Shown: positions 32,769 to 43,057 of the stretch, in pieces
Position numbering within the stretch: position 1 is the first letter of the stretch
How the letters are laid out: each line of letters opens with the position of its first letter
Virus record (IMG/VR): IMGVR_UViG_3300028886_000035
Coordinates: 192,001 to 256,000 of that record
Length of the DNA: 64,000 bases
From: a virus
Lineage: Duplodnaviria > Caudoviricetes
Strand: one strand, 5' to 3'
Made by a program: the position numbers and the translations under genes
Notes under the pieces: model-generated
What the model saw: only the letters and a program-made list of their open reading frames with translations
Told to the model about the DNA's origin: nothing
Databases searched by the model: none

Positions 32769-34547
32769 TTGAAACGATTAATTGCGAATAATGACTTGAT
32801 TATTAATATAATTAAAAAATATTTTCCTGATTTTGTTAAGAATGATTATTCAGAAAGTGATATGTATAAAAATATTAATAAAATCATATCTGATAATCAT
32901 ATACAAAATATTTCATCATTCATAAATACAATGAAAAATTATTTTGAACAATGTTTAAAAAATGGATATTGTGATAGTGATATATACAATTTTATAGAAG
33001 AATTAGCAGAAGATAACAACATCAATTATAATTTATTCATACAAAAAGTAAAAGAATGCGGTAATGATTATTCCACATTTACAGAAGATTGTTGTTTTTC
33101 TTTTACCAATTATTTACTTGATAATAATATATTATTTAATGATGTTGGAGAAAGTGAATCATATGATATAGCTTATTGTATAGTATCAGAATTTTTTAAA
33201 AATTCTTCAAAATATCAAACTATATTTAAACCATTATTTAATGAATGTGAAAATCGTATAAAAAATAAAAACAAATTTTCAGATGCCTATGAAGAATTAT
33301 CACAAGTAAAAGATAACATAGGCGATACAATAAAAACTATACAATCTTATGATAATTCTTCTTCAAGATTTGTTATTCTTAATAATAATTATTTACAAGA
33401 TAATTGTGATGACCACATGGAATTATTTGAAAAAATCGCTAACAATTTAGGTTATGATAATTTTCAAGAATTTTGTGAACAAAATCCAAATGCACAATTT
33501 ATAACAGGTAAAATAGAAAATGGGATTGCTATTATTGAAACATCTAGCGGAAAAATTAATGCTAATGCGAATATAAATAATGTTATAAATATACTAAAGA
33601 AAAACGGAGCAAAAAAAGTATATACAAATACAAATAAAGGTAGGGATAATGAATTTATGCGAGTAGCGAAAAGATTAATCAAATTAGCTAATGAAGATAA
33701 TCTATATCTAAAAATGAAAAACTTTATTAACTCATGTATGAAATCAAATAAAGGCACAGAATATATACAAGAGTTGATTAAATCCATGTATAATGCTAAC
33801 GAAGAAATTACATTATCAAACGCCAAACAATTCATACAAGAATATGAACCGATGATTGCAGAAGATATATGCGAAAATGAAATATCACAATATATAGAAA
33901 AAAATAATTTACAGGATGTAGAAGATGATGTATACAACACATTCAATACTCATGCTTTAGATAATATTACAGAACAAGAATTTAATAAAGTATATGATAG
34001 CATTAAATCAAATGGGCAAGAATGTTACAAAGAATTATCGAATAAAAAAGATAATATTGGTGATAAAGTAACCACATCCAATAGTTATGATAATGCATTA
34101 ACACGTTTTGTTTATTTAAATGGACATTTAAAAGTAAAACAAAGTAGCGACCACGGAGAATTATTTGATGATATAGCCAAGGAATGTGGATATTCAAGTT
34201 CATGGGAATATTCACAAGACCCTAAAAATGAAAATGCTACGTTTTGTTCAGGTAAAATAGAAAATAATATAGCAGTAATTGAAGTAACAGAAAATACTAA
34301 AAATCTAAATGAAATAATTTCTGCATTAAAAAAATACGGTGTAAAAAAAGTATATACAAATGATAATAAAATGGGTCACGAAACAAATTTTGAAAGAGTG
34401 GCAAAATTTCAAAAAATTACGAAAAGATTAATTTTATCTTCAGAAAAATATTTATATAATCAAGAAGATGTAGAAGAATTGGTTAATTTTTATAAAGAAC
34501 AGATTTCGAAGCAGAAAAAAAGCATGAAATGTTATACGATATTGTAG
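32769..34547 (+). CDS. repeat polyprotein, units 1-2, with KRLI linkers
   Basis: two homologous units ending in F(M/E)RVAK; MKRLIA, KRLIKLA, KRLILS. Confidence 0.8.
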   Translation: MKRLIANNDLIINIIKKYFPDFVKNDYSESDMYKNINKIISDNHIQNISSFINTMKNYFEQCLKNGYCDSDIYNFIEELAEDNNINYNLFIQKVKECGNDYSTFTEDCCFSFTNYLLDNNILFNDVGESESYDIAYCIVSEFFKNSSKYQTIFKPLFNECENRIKNKNKFSDAYEELSQVKDNIGDTIKTIQSYDNSSSRFVILNNNYLQDNCDDHMELFEKIANNLGYDNFQEFCEQNPNAQFITGKIENGIAIIETSSGKINANANINNVINILKKNGAKKVYTNTNKGRDNEFMRVAKRLIKLANEDNLYLKMKNFINSCMKSNKGTEYIQELIKSMYNANEEITLSNAKQFIQEYEPMIAEDICENEISQYIEKNNLQDVEDDVYNTFNTHALDNITEQEFNKVYDSIKSNGQECYKELSNKKDNIGDKVTTSNSYDNALTRFVYLNGHLKVKQSSDHGELFDDIAKECGYSSSWEYSQDPKNENATFCSGKIENNIAVIEVTENTKNLNEIISALKKYGVKKVYTNDNKMGHETNFERVAKFQKITKRLILSSEKYLYNQEDVEELVNFYKEQISKQKKSMKCYTIL

Positions 34548-35254
34548 ATGAATACTATAATTTATCAAACATTAAAAATAAAATACCAACAAAACAACAA
34601 TTACAATCTTTTATAAAAAATAATTATATTCCTACAGATTCGCTTTCAGATTTTTTGTATAATATTTGTGATAGATTTATATATAAAAATGAAAATCTAT
34701 GTTCAGATTTAGATTATTATAAAGAATTTGAAGATGAAAATGAATTTGATAAAATAGAAACTGAAATGATAATTGAAACAAAAAATGTATTATTAAAACA
34801 TATCATTGATGCATTTACGAATGAAGAAATAAAATCTTGTTGTAACGAACATATTGGAGATAGTTATCAACAATTATATAAACGTAATGATAAGGTTGGG
34901 GATACTATAACACTAAACGATGGATACGATAATATAGATAATCGTTTTGTATATTTAGATGGAGAATATTTAGAAGGAGAAACATCAGACCATATAGAAT
35001 TATTTGAAAAATTATCAAAAAAAATGGGATATGATAACTTTCAAGAATTCTGTGAACAAAATCCTGATGCTAAATTTATTACAGGGAAAACAAAAAACGA
35101 AATTGCTATTGTAGAAACATCTAGTGGGAAAGTTAATGCAAATGCAAATATTAATGATGTTATATCTGTTTTAAAGAAAAATGGCATAAAAAAAATATAT
35201 ACAAATGATAATATTGGAAACGATAATGAATTTATACGAGTAGCAAAAAACTAA
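34529..35254 (+). CDS. third repeat unit, frameshifted from 32769-34547
   Basis: GYDNFQEFCEQNP identical to unit 1; A7 run at 34515-34521. Confidence 0.75.
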   Translation: MLYDIVDEYYNLSNIKNKIPTKQQLQSFIKNNYIPTDSLSDFLYNICDRFIYKNENLCSDLDYYKEFEDENEFDKIETEMIIETKNVLLKHIIDAFTNEEIKSCCNEHIGDSYQQLYKRNDKVGDTITLNDGYDNIDNRFVYLDGEYLEGETSDHIELFEKLSKKMGYDNFQEFCEQNPDAKFITGKTKNEIAIVETSSGKVNANANINDVISVLKKNGIKKIYTNDNIGNDNEFIRVAKN

Positions 35255-35832
35255 TTAAACATAAAAAGAGTGGATATACCCACTCTTTTAATTATCAAAA
35301 TAATTATTATAGTAATGCGGTTTTTGCACTCTGCCAATTACCAATATTCCTTTATCAAAAGGTTTTAATTCCACATCTAAATTAACATCTTGCATATGTT
35401 CAATTTCTTTTCTCATTTCATCTAACTTATCCGCAGATTCAAAATATAAAATTTGATAAATTTTTTGCATTAAGTATAACACTCCCAATTTCTTCTTTAA
35501 CCAAATTATTTACTATCCATTCTTTTACTTGTTTTTCTACATGTATCAATAAACGTATTATTTGTTTTTATTTACTCCTTTTATATATGCACAATTTACA
35601 AGTGCATTTTTGGGAATACATAATCAACTGCTTGTTTTAATGTTTCCATATCATATGACCCACGTTTAATCTGTGTATGGAAAATTTTTTTACCTTCATC
35701 AAAGATTTGAAACGTTAATTCTCTTGTCAAACGAACTGCATATTCTTTTTTGTTAGTATTTACATAAGCAATAATTGAAACTGTTTGTTTATCTTTTGGT
35801 AATTTTAATTCATACATTTTAATATCCTCACA

Positions 35833-36308
35833 GGCAGAAGTCTCCCACCTCATAGGTGGGGGGGTAGTTGACCCAAATTATTTTGCATTATTGATTGCAG
35901 TAACAATATTTGTGATTAGATTAACAATATGTTCTTCACCGCCTACAATATTATCAGGGGTGACAACGGATGCCGCAAGCATCATGTATACTGTCCTTGC
36001 GTTCGGAACTAACGTTACCACAAGACTACATATAATTATAGCTATAATGCAAGTCTTTACATACTTCTTCGTGATTCTTCTATTCTCTTCTTCATCTGGA
36101 CCACCTGCTACTAACACCACTAAACCAGCTATAGAAATTACTAAGACAAAAAGTGATAGAACATGAATCATACTAGCAACATGAATTAAATAAAACCATA
36201 TCGGCGAGATAACTGGTTCCATTTATCTCTCTCCTTTTCTTTTAATATTCTTACGGGCAGAAGTCTCCCCCCCTCAAACGCCAAAGGCGTTAGGTGGGGG
36301 TAGTTGAC
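35833..36308. mobile_element. two directly repeated IS200/IS605-like end hairpins (35833-35872, 36256-36308) flanking one gene
   Basis: GGCAGAAGTCTCCC...AGGTGGGGG(GG)TAGTTGAC occurs twice. Confidence 0.65.
35878..36222 (-). CDS. phage membrane protein
   Basis: MEPVISPIWFYLI; two TM segments; TPDN motif. Confidence 0.7.
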   Translation of the reverse strand: MEPVISPIWFYLIHVASMIHVLSLFVLVISIAGLVVLVAGGPDEEENRRITKKYVKTCIIAIIICSLVVTLVPNARTVYMMLAASVVTPDNIVGGEEHIVNLITNIVTAINNAK

Positions 36309-36314
36309 ATCACC

Positions 36315-36650
36315 TTATCTATAAAACAATTCTTTTTCTACTAAACTATCTATCATTTTTGATACTTGATTATATGCAATATCATCACAAAAATGTGGTT
36401 GACAAAAGTTTTCATCTAATATAGATATTTCTTTTATCCCCATTGTTTTTTTATCAATATCAATTGAAAAAGAAACGTCATAATTATCAGGATAATTAAT
36501 TTTTCTATAAAAATGTAAAACAGGTTCATAATAATTTGTAAATCCATTATGAATAAAATCATCACATGTTTTATTTGGATTTATTTTAATTGTTTCACAC
36601 AACGCAACAAAATCTTTTGAACGTGCATTATCAAGAACATATATATCCAT
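36315..36650 (-). CDS. hypothetical protein
   Basis: ORF with RBS and promoter. Confidence 0.6.
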   Translation of the reverse strand: MDIYVLDNARSKDFVALCETIKINPNKTCDDFIHNGFTNYYEPVLHFYRKINYPDNYDVSFSIDIDKKTMGIKEISILDENFCQPHFCDDIAYNQVSKMIDSLVEKELFYR

Positions 36651-36830
36651 GATATATTTCCCTCCATATATCTTTCTATATATATAATTTTATCATTGAT
36701 AATGTGATTTGTCAATTAAAAAACAGTAAAGAAATTAATCTTTACTGCATTTTAATTATTAGCCTTTTACTTCAGATGTAGTTGTTTCTTCTGTTTTTGG
36801 AGCAGGTGTTTCACCTTTCTTTTCTTCTTC

Positions 36831-37118
36831 TTAAGAAAGACCGACTTCTTTTTCTAAAGCAGTTTTAAAATCTGCCATAGCTTTATCTAAATCTGCTTGT
36901 TCAACTTTTTTAGCTACACCACGGTCAAAACAAACGTCCATAAGAGCACGATATGCCTTGTATACTTCTACATTATCTACATTTTTCTTTTCAACGTAAT
37001 AATGCGATTCATAAATACGTACAGGTTTAATTGTACCTACATTCGGATATTCATATTTTCCTGTAGCAAATACAGGTGTAATTGTATTTACATACGTGTG
37101 CTTTTTTTCATCTGCCAT
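36831..37118 (-). CDS. hypothetical protein, possibly truncated by a nonsense codon
   Basis: in-frame coding-like tail at 36759-36830 after TAA. Confidence 0.65.
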   Translation of the reverse strand: MADEKKHTYVNTITPVFATGKYEYPNVGTIKPVRIYESHYYVEKKNVDNVEVYKAYRALMDVCFDRGVAKKVEQADLDKAMADFKTALEKEVGLS

Positions 37119-37163
37119 TATTATCTACCTCTAATTTTTTAATATAATATTATTAAAACGGAA

Positions 37164-37673
37164 GTGAATGAATTGAAAAAATACCATTTCTATAAAATAA
37201 TTGATAGTACAACAAATCAACCAATTTATATTGGATGTACCTCTCAACAATTAAATAGGCGATTTTGGCAACATAATCACGATATTAAATCCGCAGTATA
37301 TAACAACTATGTTTTAAAAGGGAATAAAAATTTATCAATTAAAGAAATATCATTAACTATAAACAAACAATTTAACTATTCTATTTGCCTAAAATATGAA
37401 GAATTGCTAACATATATTTATGGATATTCGTATAAATTATGTAATCACAATGCAGGTAATTTATTTTATCAAGACTTAAATGACAGTATTTTATATCAAA
37501 AAGTCCATGATTTTTTATTTCATTTAATTGAAAAAGAAATTAGTATTTGCGATATATCAGATTATAATGAAATTATTTCTTATATACAAAAAATCTGTTC
37601 CACTAATGAAACAGATTTAAACATATTAGATGATATATGTTGTGAACAAATATGTGAATTAGAAGATTATTAA
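37164..37673 (+). CDS. GIY-YIG endonuclease-like protein
   Basis: FYKIID..IYIGCT..RRFWQH. Confidence 0.75.
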   Translation: MNELKKYHFYKIIDSTTNQPIYIGCTSQQLNRRFWQHNHDIKSAVYNNYVLKGNKNLSIKEISLTINKQFNYSICLKYEELLTYIYGYSYKLCNHNAGNLFYQDLNDSILYQKVHDFLFHLIEKEISICDISDYNEIISYIQKICSTNETDLNILDDICCEQICELEDY

Positions 37674-37692
37674 TTCATATATTCATCATTTT

Positions 37693-38133
37693 TCAACCAA
37701 ATTTTTCTTTTTTAGCAAGTTCGATTCTTTCATTTAATTTATTGAAAAACTCTTTATCCACGATTCGGATATTATCTTCTTTATTATTGATAATTACATT
37801 TTCTTCGCCAAGTAATGCAATACTCCCAATACGATAAACTTTATCGTTCTTGGGTTTATAAATAATATTTCCTTTAGAAACGTATTCATCCTTTATACTA
37901 TAAACGTAAATTCTTTTCCATTCAGGATTATCTACTATGGTAAGTGAATATTCATCTCCACCATATTTAAACCAATCAGTGCAATATGGATTGAAAAAGA
38001 AACAACCAAAATCTGGTAAGAGGAGAATTATATTATCGAAATTTTTCTTATAGTAGGTAAATACTTTATTGAGAGTATTAATAGCATACTCTTTATCCTT
38101 TATTTCTTCAAATTGAAAATTCAATTCCGACAT
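37693..38133 (-). CDS. hypothetical protein, paralog of 38149-38493
   Basis: TDWFKY..YSLTIV / TDWFRF..YSLTVV; GSIAL shared. Confidence 0.7.
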   Translation of the reverse strand: MSELNFQFEEIKDKEYAINTLNKVFTYYKKNFDNIILLLPDFGCFFFNPYCTDWFKYGGDEYSLTIVDNPEWKRIYVYSIKDEYVSKGNIIYKPKNDKVYRIGSIALLGEENVIINNKEDNIRIVDKEFFNKLNERIELAKKEKFG

Positions 38134-38148
38134 AATATGCTCCCCTTA

Positions 38149-38493
38149 TTAAAAATCGATATCTGTAATTTTAATAGTATATTTATGGTCAGCATTTGCC
38201 TTTTCTTTACAGACTAATGCAATACTCCCGAGGCAATAGCTTTCTTCATTCTCGAGTTTGTTAACATAAACAGTTTTCAACTTACTATCATGAACATAAA
38301 CCACAGTAAGTGAATATACTGCTCCATCAAATCTAAACCAATCTGTAGAAAGAGTATCTATAACTAAAGATTCGTACTTCTGAGAGTTAAGAATTGCATC
38401 ATCAATATTCTCCATATAATATAAAAATACTTTAATGAGAATATTATCCTTATAGTTTTTATCTTTCATTTCTTCAATATATATTTCTGGCAT
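38149..38493 (-). CDS. hypothetical protein, paralog of 37693-38133
   Basis: tandem paralog. Confidence 0.7.
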   Translation of the reverse strand: MPEIYIEEMKDKNYKDNILIKVFLYYMENIDDAILNSQKYESLVIDTLSTDWFRFDGAVYSLTVVYVHDSKLKTVYVNKLENEESYCLGSIALVCKEKANADHKYTIKITDIDF

Positions 38494-39065
38494 ATTTACT
38501 CCCCCAAATCAATAGCAAAATTATGAAAATTTTGTACTTCCATATCATATACATCTTGTTCTTCTCAAATCATTGTCCAAATCACAAATGATATAAATAA
38601 TATATATAAATACCACCAAAAATTCATGAATTTTTACGCTTATAAAAAAATCCTTTCTTTTTAGTATATCCTGATATACTAAAAATTGCAATAGACGCTC
38701 CTATTGCACCTATTAAAATTCCTGAAACAAAATAAATCATATTGTTTCTCCGTTTATACGTTTATACAAATGATGTATATCTATAGATAGATTTCGTTTT
38801 TCTATTTCCAAACGGTTGATTCTATCTTCCAATTTTAAAATTTTCATCTGTTGATTCGATATTAAATTTTGCATATCCATCAATATTTTTCTTAACATTT
38901 TTTTGTTATTTACATTAAATGACTGATAATCTTCCCAATCTTTCAACTGCATAAAACCATTATCCATAAAATTATTTATCTCCATTCTTATACTAAATTT
39001 TCATATATAGTATAGAAAAAATGCTAAGTGAAATTATATTCACTTAGCATTTTTAATAAATAATT

Positions 39066-39779
39066 TTAATGAACAATATGTCCATTTACATCAAATTTAT
39101 AATCATTAACTTCTTGTTGTGCTTGTTCATATCCTTCAGAATCCATATCCATAAGTTCTTGGTCTGAACTTTCAACATAGTGAAGAACAATTTCATCCAA
39201 TACACTAGCTAACCCTTCAGAAAGTTGTTCAACAAGTTCTCTTAGATTGAATGTATGTATTTTTTCATCTTGATATTCTGTAACATCAGATACTTTAATA
39301 TTGGTTTTATAGTCTTGTACTAATCCACTAATCTTAAATTTAACTCCATCTTTTTCAAAACAATCTAATGCATTACTTTCATCTAAATGTTTTGATTGTT
39401 CTTTTGTTTCAAAAGAATTATGAGTACGCTCATTATCAAAAGAAATAAATTCTGTTAAATCAATTCCTGCTTCATTAACTGCTTTCATAAATAATGGATT
39501 TGTACTATCCAATACAAAATCCTTAATATCAACAGAAAAATCAAATGGATTATCTTCACCCATATGTACTTCAAAATTCTCGTCAGGAATACCTGCTTTT
39601 TTCAAATCAACAGTAATAGCATTTAAATCTATAGTAACCAAATCTTCTGCATTCATTTCGTTTAGAATTTCCGCTACTTCATTGACTGCTTGCTCTTTTG
39701 AAGTTTTACTAAGTTCATCATATGTATATTCAGATTGACCTTCTGCAATCAAATAACGCCTTTTATTCATATTATACAA
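39066..39779 (-). CDS. acidic protein with MNKRRYLIA tag
   Basis: YTYDELS..KEQA motif; D/E-rich. Confidence 0.65.
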   Translation of the reverse strand: MYNMNKRRYLIAEGQSEYTYDELSKTSKEQAVNEVAEILNEMNAEDLVTIDLNAITVDLKKAGIPDENFEVHMGEDNPFDFSVDIKDFVLDSTNPLFMKAVNEAGIDLTEFISFDNERTHNSFETKEQSKHLDESNALDCFEKDGVKFKISGLVQDYKTNIKVSDVTEYQDEKIHTFNLRELVEQLSEGLASVLDEIVLHYVESSDQELMDMDSEGYEQAQQEVNDYKFDVNGHIVH

Positions 39780-39843
39780 CCTGCCTTTTTTACAATGTGT
39801 TATCTAATTAAAGAATAGAAGCATACATAAAAAATATTAGATG

Positions 39844-40203
39844 TTACTTATTCATCTTTCTTTTTCTATTTAGTTCATCATTACGTTGTTTTGCTGCTTT
39901 ACCGAATTTATAATGAGAATCAAAATTTACAATAAGAGTATAATCTTTTAAATTAGAAAACTTTTCCACAAATTTATTATCAGGAACAAATTCCCATTTC
40001 TCAATCTGATTATCTTTCATTGTTTCGTTTTGAAGAATCCATTTAGACATTTTATTTGTCCATTGACTCTGCAACCAAATATACCCTTCTCTTTCTTTAT
40101 TGCCATAAAAAAGACTCGGTTTCAATTTACTCGTATAGCCAATGAACTGTTTATTTTCTTTATTCCACTCAAAATTTTTCGTATTAATAACTCTGCTTTT
40201 CAT
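39844..40203 (-). CDS. hypothetical protein
   Basis: RBS and promoter. Confidence 0.6.
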   Translation of the reverse strand: MKSRVINTKNFEWNKENKQFIGYTSKLKPSLFYGNKEREGYIWLQSQWTNKMSKWILQNETMKDNQIEKWEFVPDNKFVEKFSNLKDYTLIVNFDSHYKFGKAAKQRNDELNRKRKMNK

Positions 40204-41174
40204 TGATTACCTCTCCTTACATACAATAACCATCCAACTATTTACAGTTTATCATATATAAATTAATTTGTCAATGATTTTTGTTTATCCTAATAACCAT
40301 ATCCCCATTAGAAATAATACTATCTGTAATATAGTCTAATCTCATTTGACCAACATATTGATATGGAATTTTTAATATTTCAAAGTTTTCAAATACAATG
40401 TGCATTTCTTTAATTTTCATCATTAACACCTTGTAAAGATAATAGGAAAACTCCAAATGTAATAAACATATATGCCAATACATATATTACCATTTGCATA
40501 AACCCGCAGAAATACCATCCAAAGCCAACAATTAACCAAAAAATAATTAGCCACATTAATACTAAAATTACCAACCAATTCATATTACAAACCTTCTTTC
40601 CAATATATATAGAAAAATGGATAACAATTACCAAAACTTTTATGAAAGGAGAAATAAAAGTTATATACTTATACAAGTACTTTGATAATTCGTTATCCAC
40701 AAAAGAACCTTTTGTATGTTTTATTTTATTTGTATCCCGCATACTGCGTCAAGCACCTTGAAAAGTTCTTTTACACATTGGAACAAGAACTGTTTAAAAG
40801 AATGTTTTTATATCCTATAATAATCCAAAACGTATTCTGACATTATCGTTTAACAGTAAAAACGCCAATCCTTACTGTTTCATCAACGTATTTATATATC
40901 GCTATCTATAAATACCGTCCTTTGGCAAGAACTAAAAAGATAGGGAAACTCTTTTTATTGATGAATAGTCTTTTGTGTTTAGACTATCTATAAATTATCA
41001 AAATATAAAAACTTTAATTCTTTAGGGATTTCTTATTCTCGTTTATTCCCTTCATACTAATATTCACCGTTTGCATAAATTCCCTAAGTGAATACAGGCA
41101 CTTATCTGGGTTTCTCACCCACTTCTCTATTATAACATAGATTAAACGGTTTTGTCAATCATTTTCTTGTATTT

Positions 41175-42263
41175 TTAATCAATAACTCTTACTCTACGTG
41201 TATGCAATTTTAAATTTTGCTTGCAATTTTTCCATTGAATAATTTTCTTTTTCTTATTATCAATGTTATCTACATATTTTCGGAAAAAATTATAAGCAGC
41301 ATTAATATCTGCATTTACATAATTATTATCTTTTGTTCGATATAATCCACGATGTACGCGCCTACCAAAGTGTTTATCTCTTTGCTTTACACTTTCATCA
41401 TCATAAAAAGAGCATTGTGAACTATAATCTTCTGCAATACAAGAATACTCCCATTTATTTACTTTGCAAATATGCTTAATGTTTTTTACAAACAAAGACA
41501 TACCAAATGCAGTAATATTGTCTCTTTTATAATCCATTCCCATAAATGTATGATATGACAATGATTTTTTTGTTGGAATTTTACCCATCAAAATAAAATC
41601 TATACCGTTATCAATACAGTATTGTTTTACAATATTTGATGCTTTTTCACAATATGTTCTCAAATAATGATAATGATTGTGCTTTATTTTATCAATCTTT
41701 TTGGATTCAGAATTAATTCCTTGTAAAAAATTAATTTTCTTTAAACAATAATAATCATATGCTTTTAATTTTTTACCATCGACTAAAAACGAATCTCCGA
41801 AACTTGTCACACAAGCTCCCAAATTATCTACCCCAACATCTATAGCAATCATATGATGTTTTCCTGATTTGCCAATCTCCAAGTCTAAATAATATTCCTT
41901 ATTTTTGTACATAATCCATGCAGACAAAATATTTATTTTGTTAGTATCAATATCAAATGGAATAATTAAATTATTTAATTCAATCTGATTATTCGTAAAC
42001 CTATTTGGATTGATATAGATATTACGATACCTGTATTTAACCTCTTTATCTGCCTTTGTAGCTCGTTTAATCGTTCTTATGGCACATTCTTTATGCAATC
42101 GTTCAGGAACAAAATCTAAGTACCTTACAGACGTTTGAAAAGGCTCTTTATGACTTTGTTTCCATAGATATGCTTCATGATATAATTGCGAATTATCTAA
42201 AAGCATATTCTTAATTTGTTGTTTTTGATAATTATCCAAATTTAATTTAAAAAGTTTATGCAA
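41175..42263 (-). CDS. tnpB: TnpB-family RNA-guided RuvC nuclease (orphan, divergent)
   Basis: IAIDVGVDNL, EDYSSQCS, GRRVHRGLY, NADINAAYN; no tnpA and no IS ends adjacent. Confidence 0.85.
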   Translation of the reverse strand: MHKLFKLNLDNYQKQQIKNMLLDNSQLYHEAYLWKQSHKEPFQTSVRYLDFVPERLHKECAIRTIKRATKADKEVKYRYRNIYINPNRFTNNQIELNNLIIPFDIDTNKINILSAWIMYKNKEYYLDLEIGKSGKHHMIAIDVGVDNLGACVTSFGDSFLVDGKKLKAYDYYCLKKINFLQGINSESKKIDKIKHNHYHYLRTYCEKASNIVKQYCIDNGIDFILMGKIPTKKSLSYHTFMGMDYKRDNITAFGMSLFVKNIKHICKVNKWEYSCIAEDYSSQCSFYDDESVKQRDKHFGRRVHRGLYRTKDNNYVNADINAAYNFFRKYVDNIDNKKKKIIQWKNCKQNLKLHTRRVRVID

Positions 42264-42460
42264 AATATTTCACCACCTTACTTTTTAGTTTATCATATAT
42301 ATGCAATGCTGTAAACAAAAAAAGTGGTTAAAGAAGTTCATCTTTAACCATAAATAAAATTATAAGTCAAATAAAAAGGAAGTTTGAAAAGAAATACTTT
42401 TAGAGAGAAGTTTTTCTTTTCATCTTCTATTATATCAAGCCCACATCTATTTGTCAAGAC

Positions 42461-42961
42461 CTAGAAACCATATTTTTCACACAAAGGTTCTAAATCATAT
42501 CTTGCACTTTTTCCTTTAGAAAAATTAACTGCTTTTATTATTGGCATATTTTGTTTCAATATTTGATATACACCTAATCTTTTTATACGCTTACCTAAAA
42601 TAGCATGAGCGTTATTCTGTTCTGCAAGCATTGTTACATAAAGAATACAAAATAATTTAGCTACAACTAAAAAATCTTTCTTATTGTACGTTTCTGCTAT
42701 ATTACGAATAGCTAACCAATGCTGACTATTGATATTTATGCCAACCATATTATAAACTAAAATAAAATCATTATATACTTTATCTATTCCATATTTATCT
42801 GATAATTGTTTCAAGCAAGTAAAATAATCTATATCCTTTATTGCATAGTTATTTAGTTTAAACATAAACCCATCGAATTTTCCTCTGCATTGATAAATAA
42901 ATGAACCGTCAGGAAATCTCAATATCGGTTTTTGTGATTGACCTATCTGAATTTCTTCCAA
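42461..42961 (-). CDS. conserved hypothetical protein
   Basis: GKFD, MLAE, LGKRIKRLGVYQIL. Confidence 0.6.
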   Translation of the reverse strand: MEEIQIGQSQKPILRFPDGSFIYQCRGKFDGFMFKLNNYAIKDIDYFTCLKQLSDKYGIDKVYNDFILVYNMVGININSQHWLAIRNIAETYNKKDFLVVAKLFCILYVTMLAEQNNAHAILGKRIKRLGVYQILKQNMPIIKAVNFSKGKSARYDLEPLCEKYGF

Positions 42962-43012
42962 TATACTTCAACTCCTTTATTTTTATTATAAGATGCTATT
43001 GGTTAAAATGTC

Positions 43013-43057
43013 AAATGATAATTACATAAATGATAATTACATAAATGATAATTACAT
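43013..43057. repeat. tandem repeat AAATGATAATTACAT x3
   Basis: three exact 15-bp units. Confidence 0.9.

Noticed and set aside
17292-39830. TAAT..TAGATA as a late-promoter consensus upstream of structural or tagged genes
   Set aside because: Seen a few times but too degenerate to separate from the AT-rich background without a motif test
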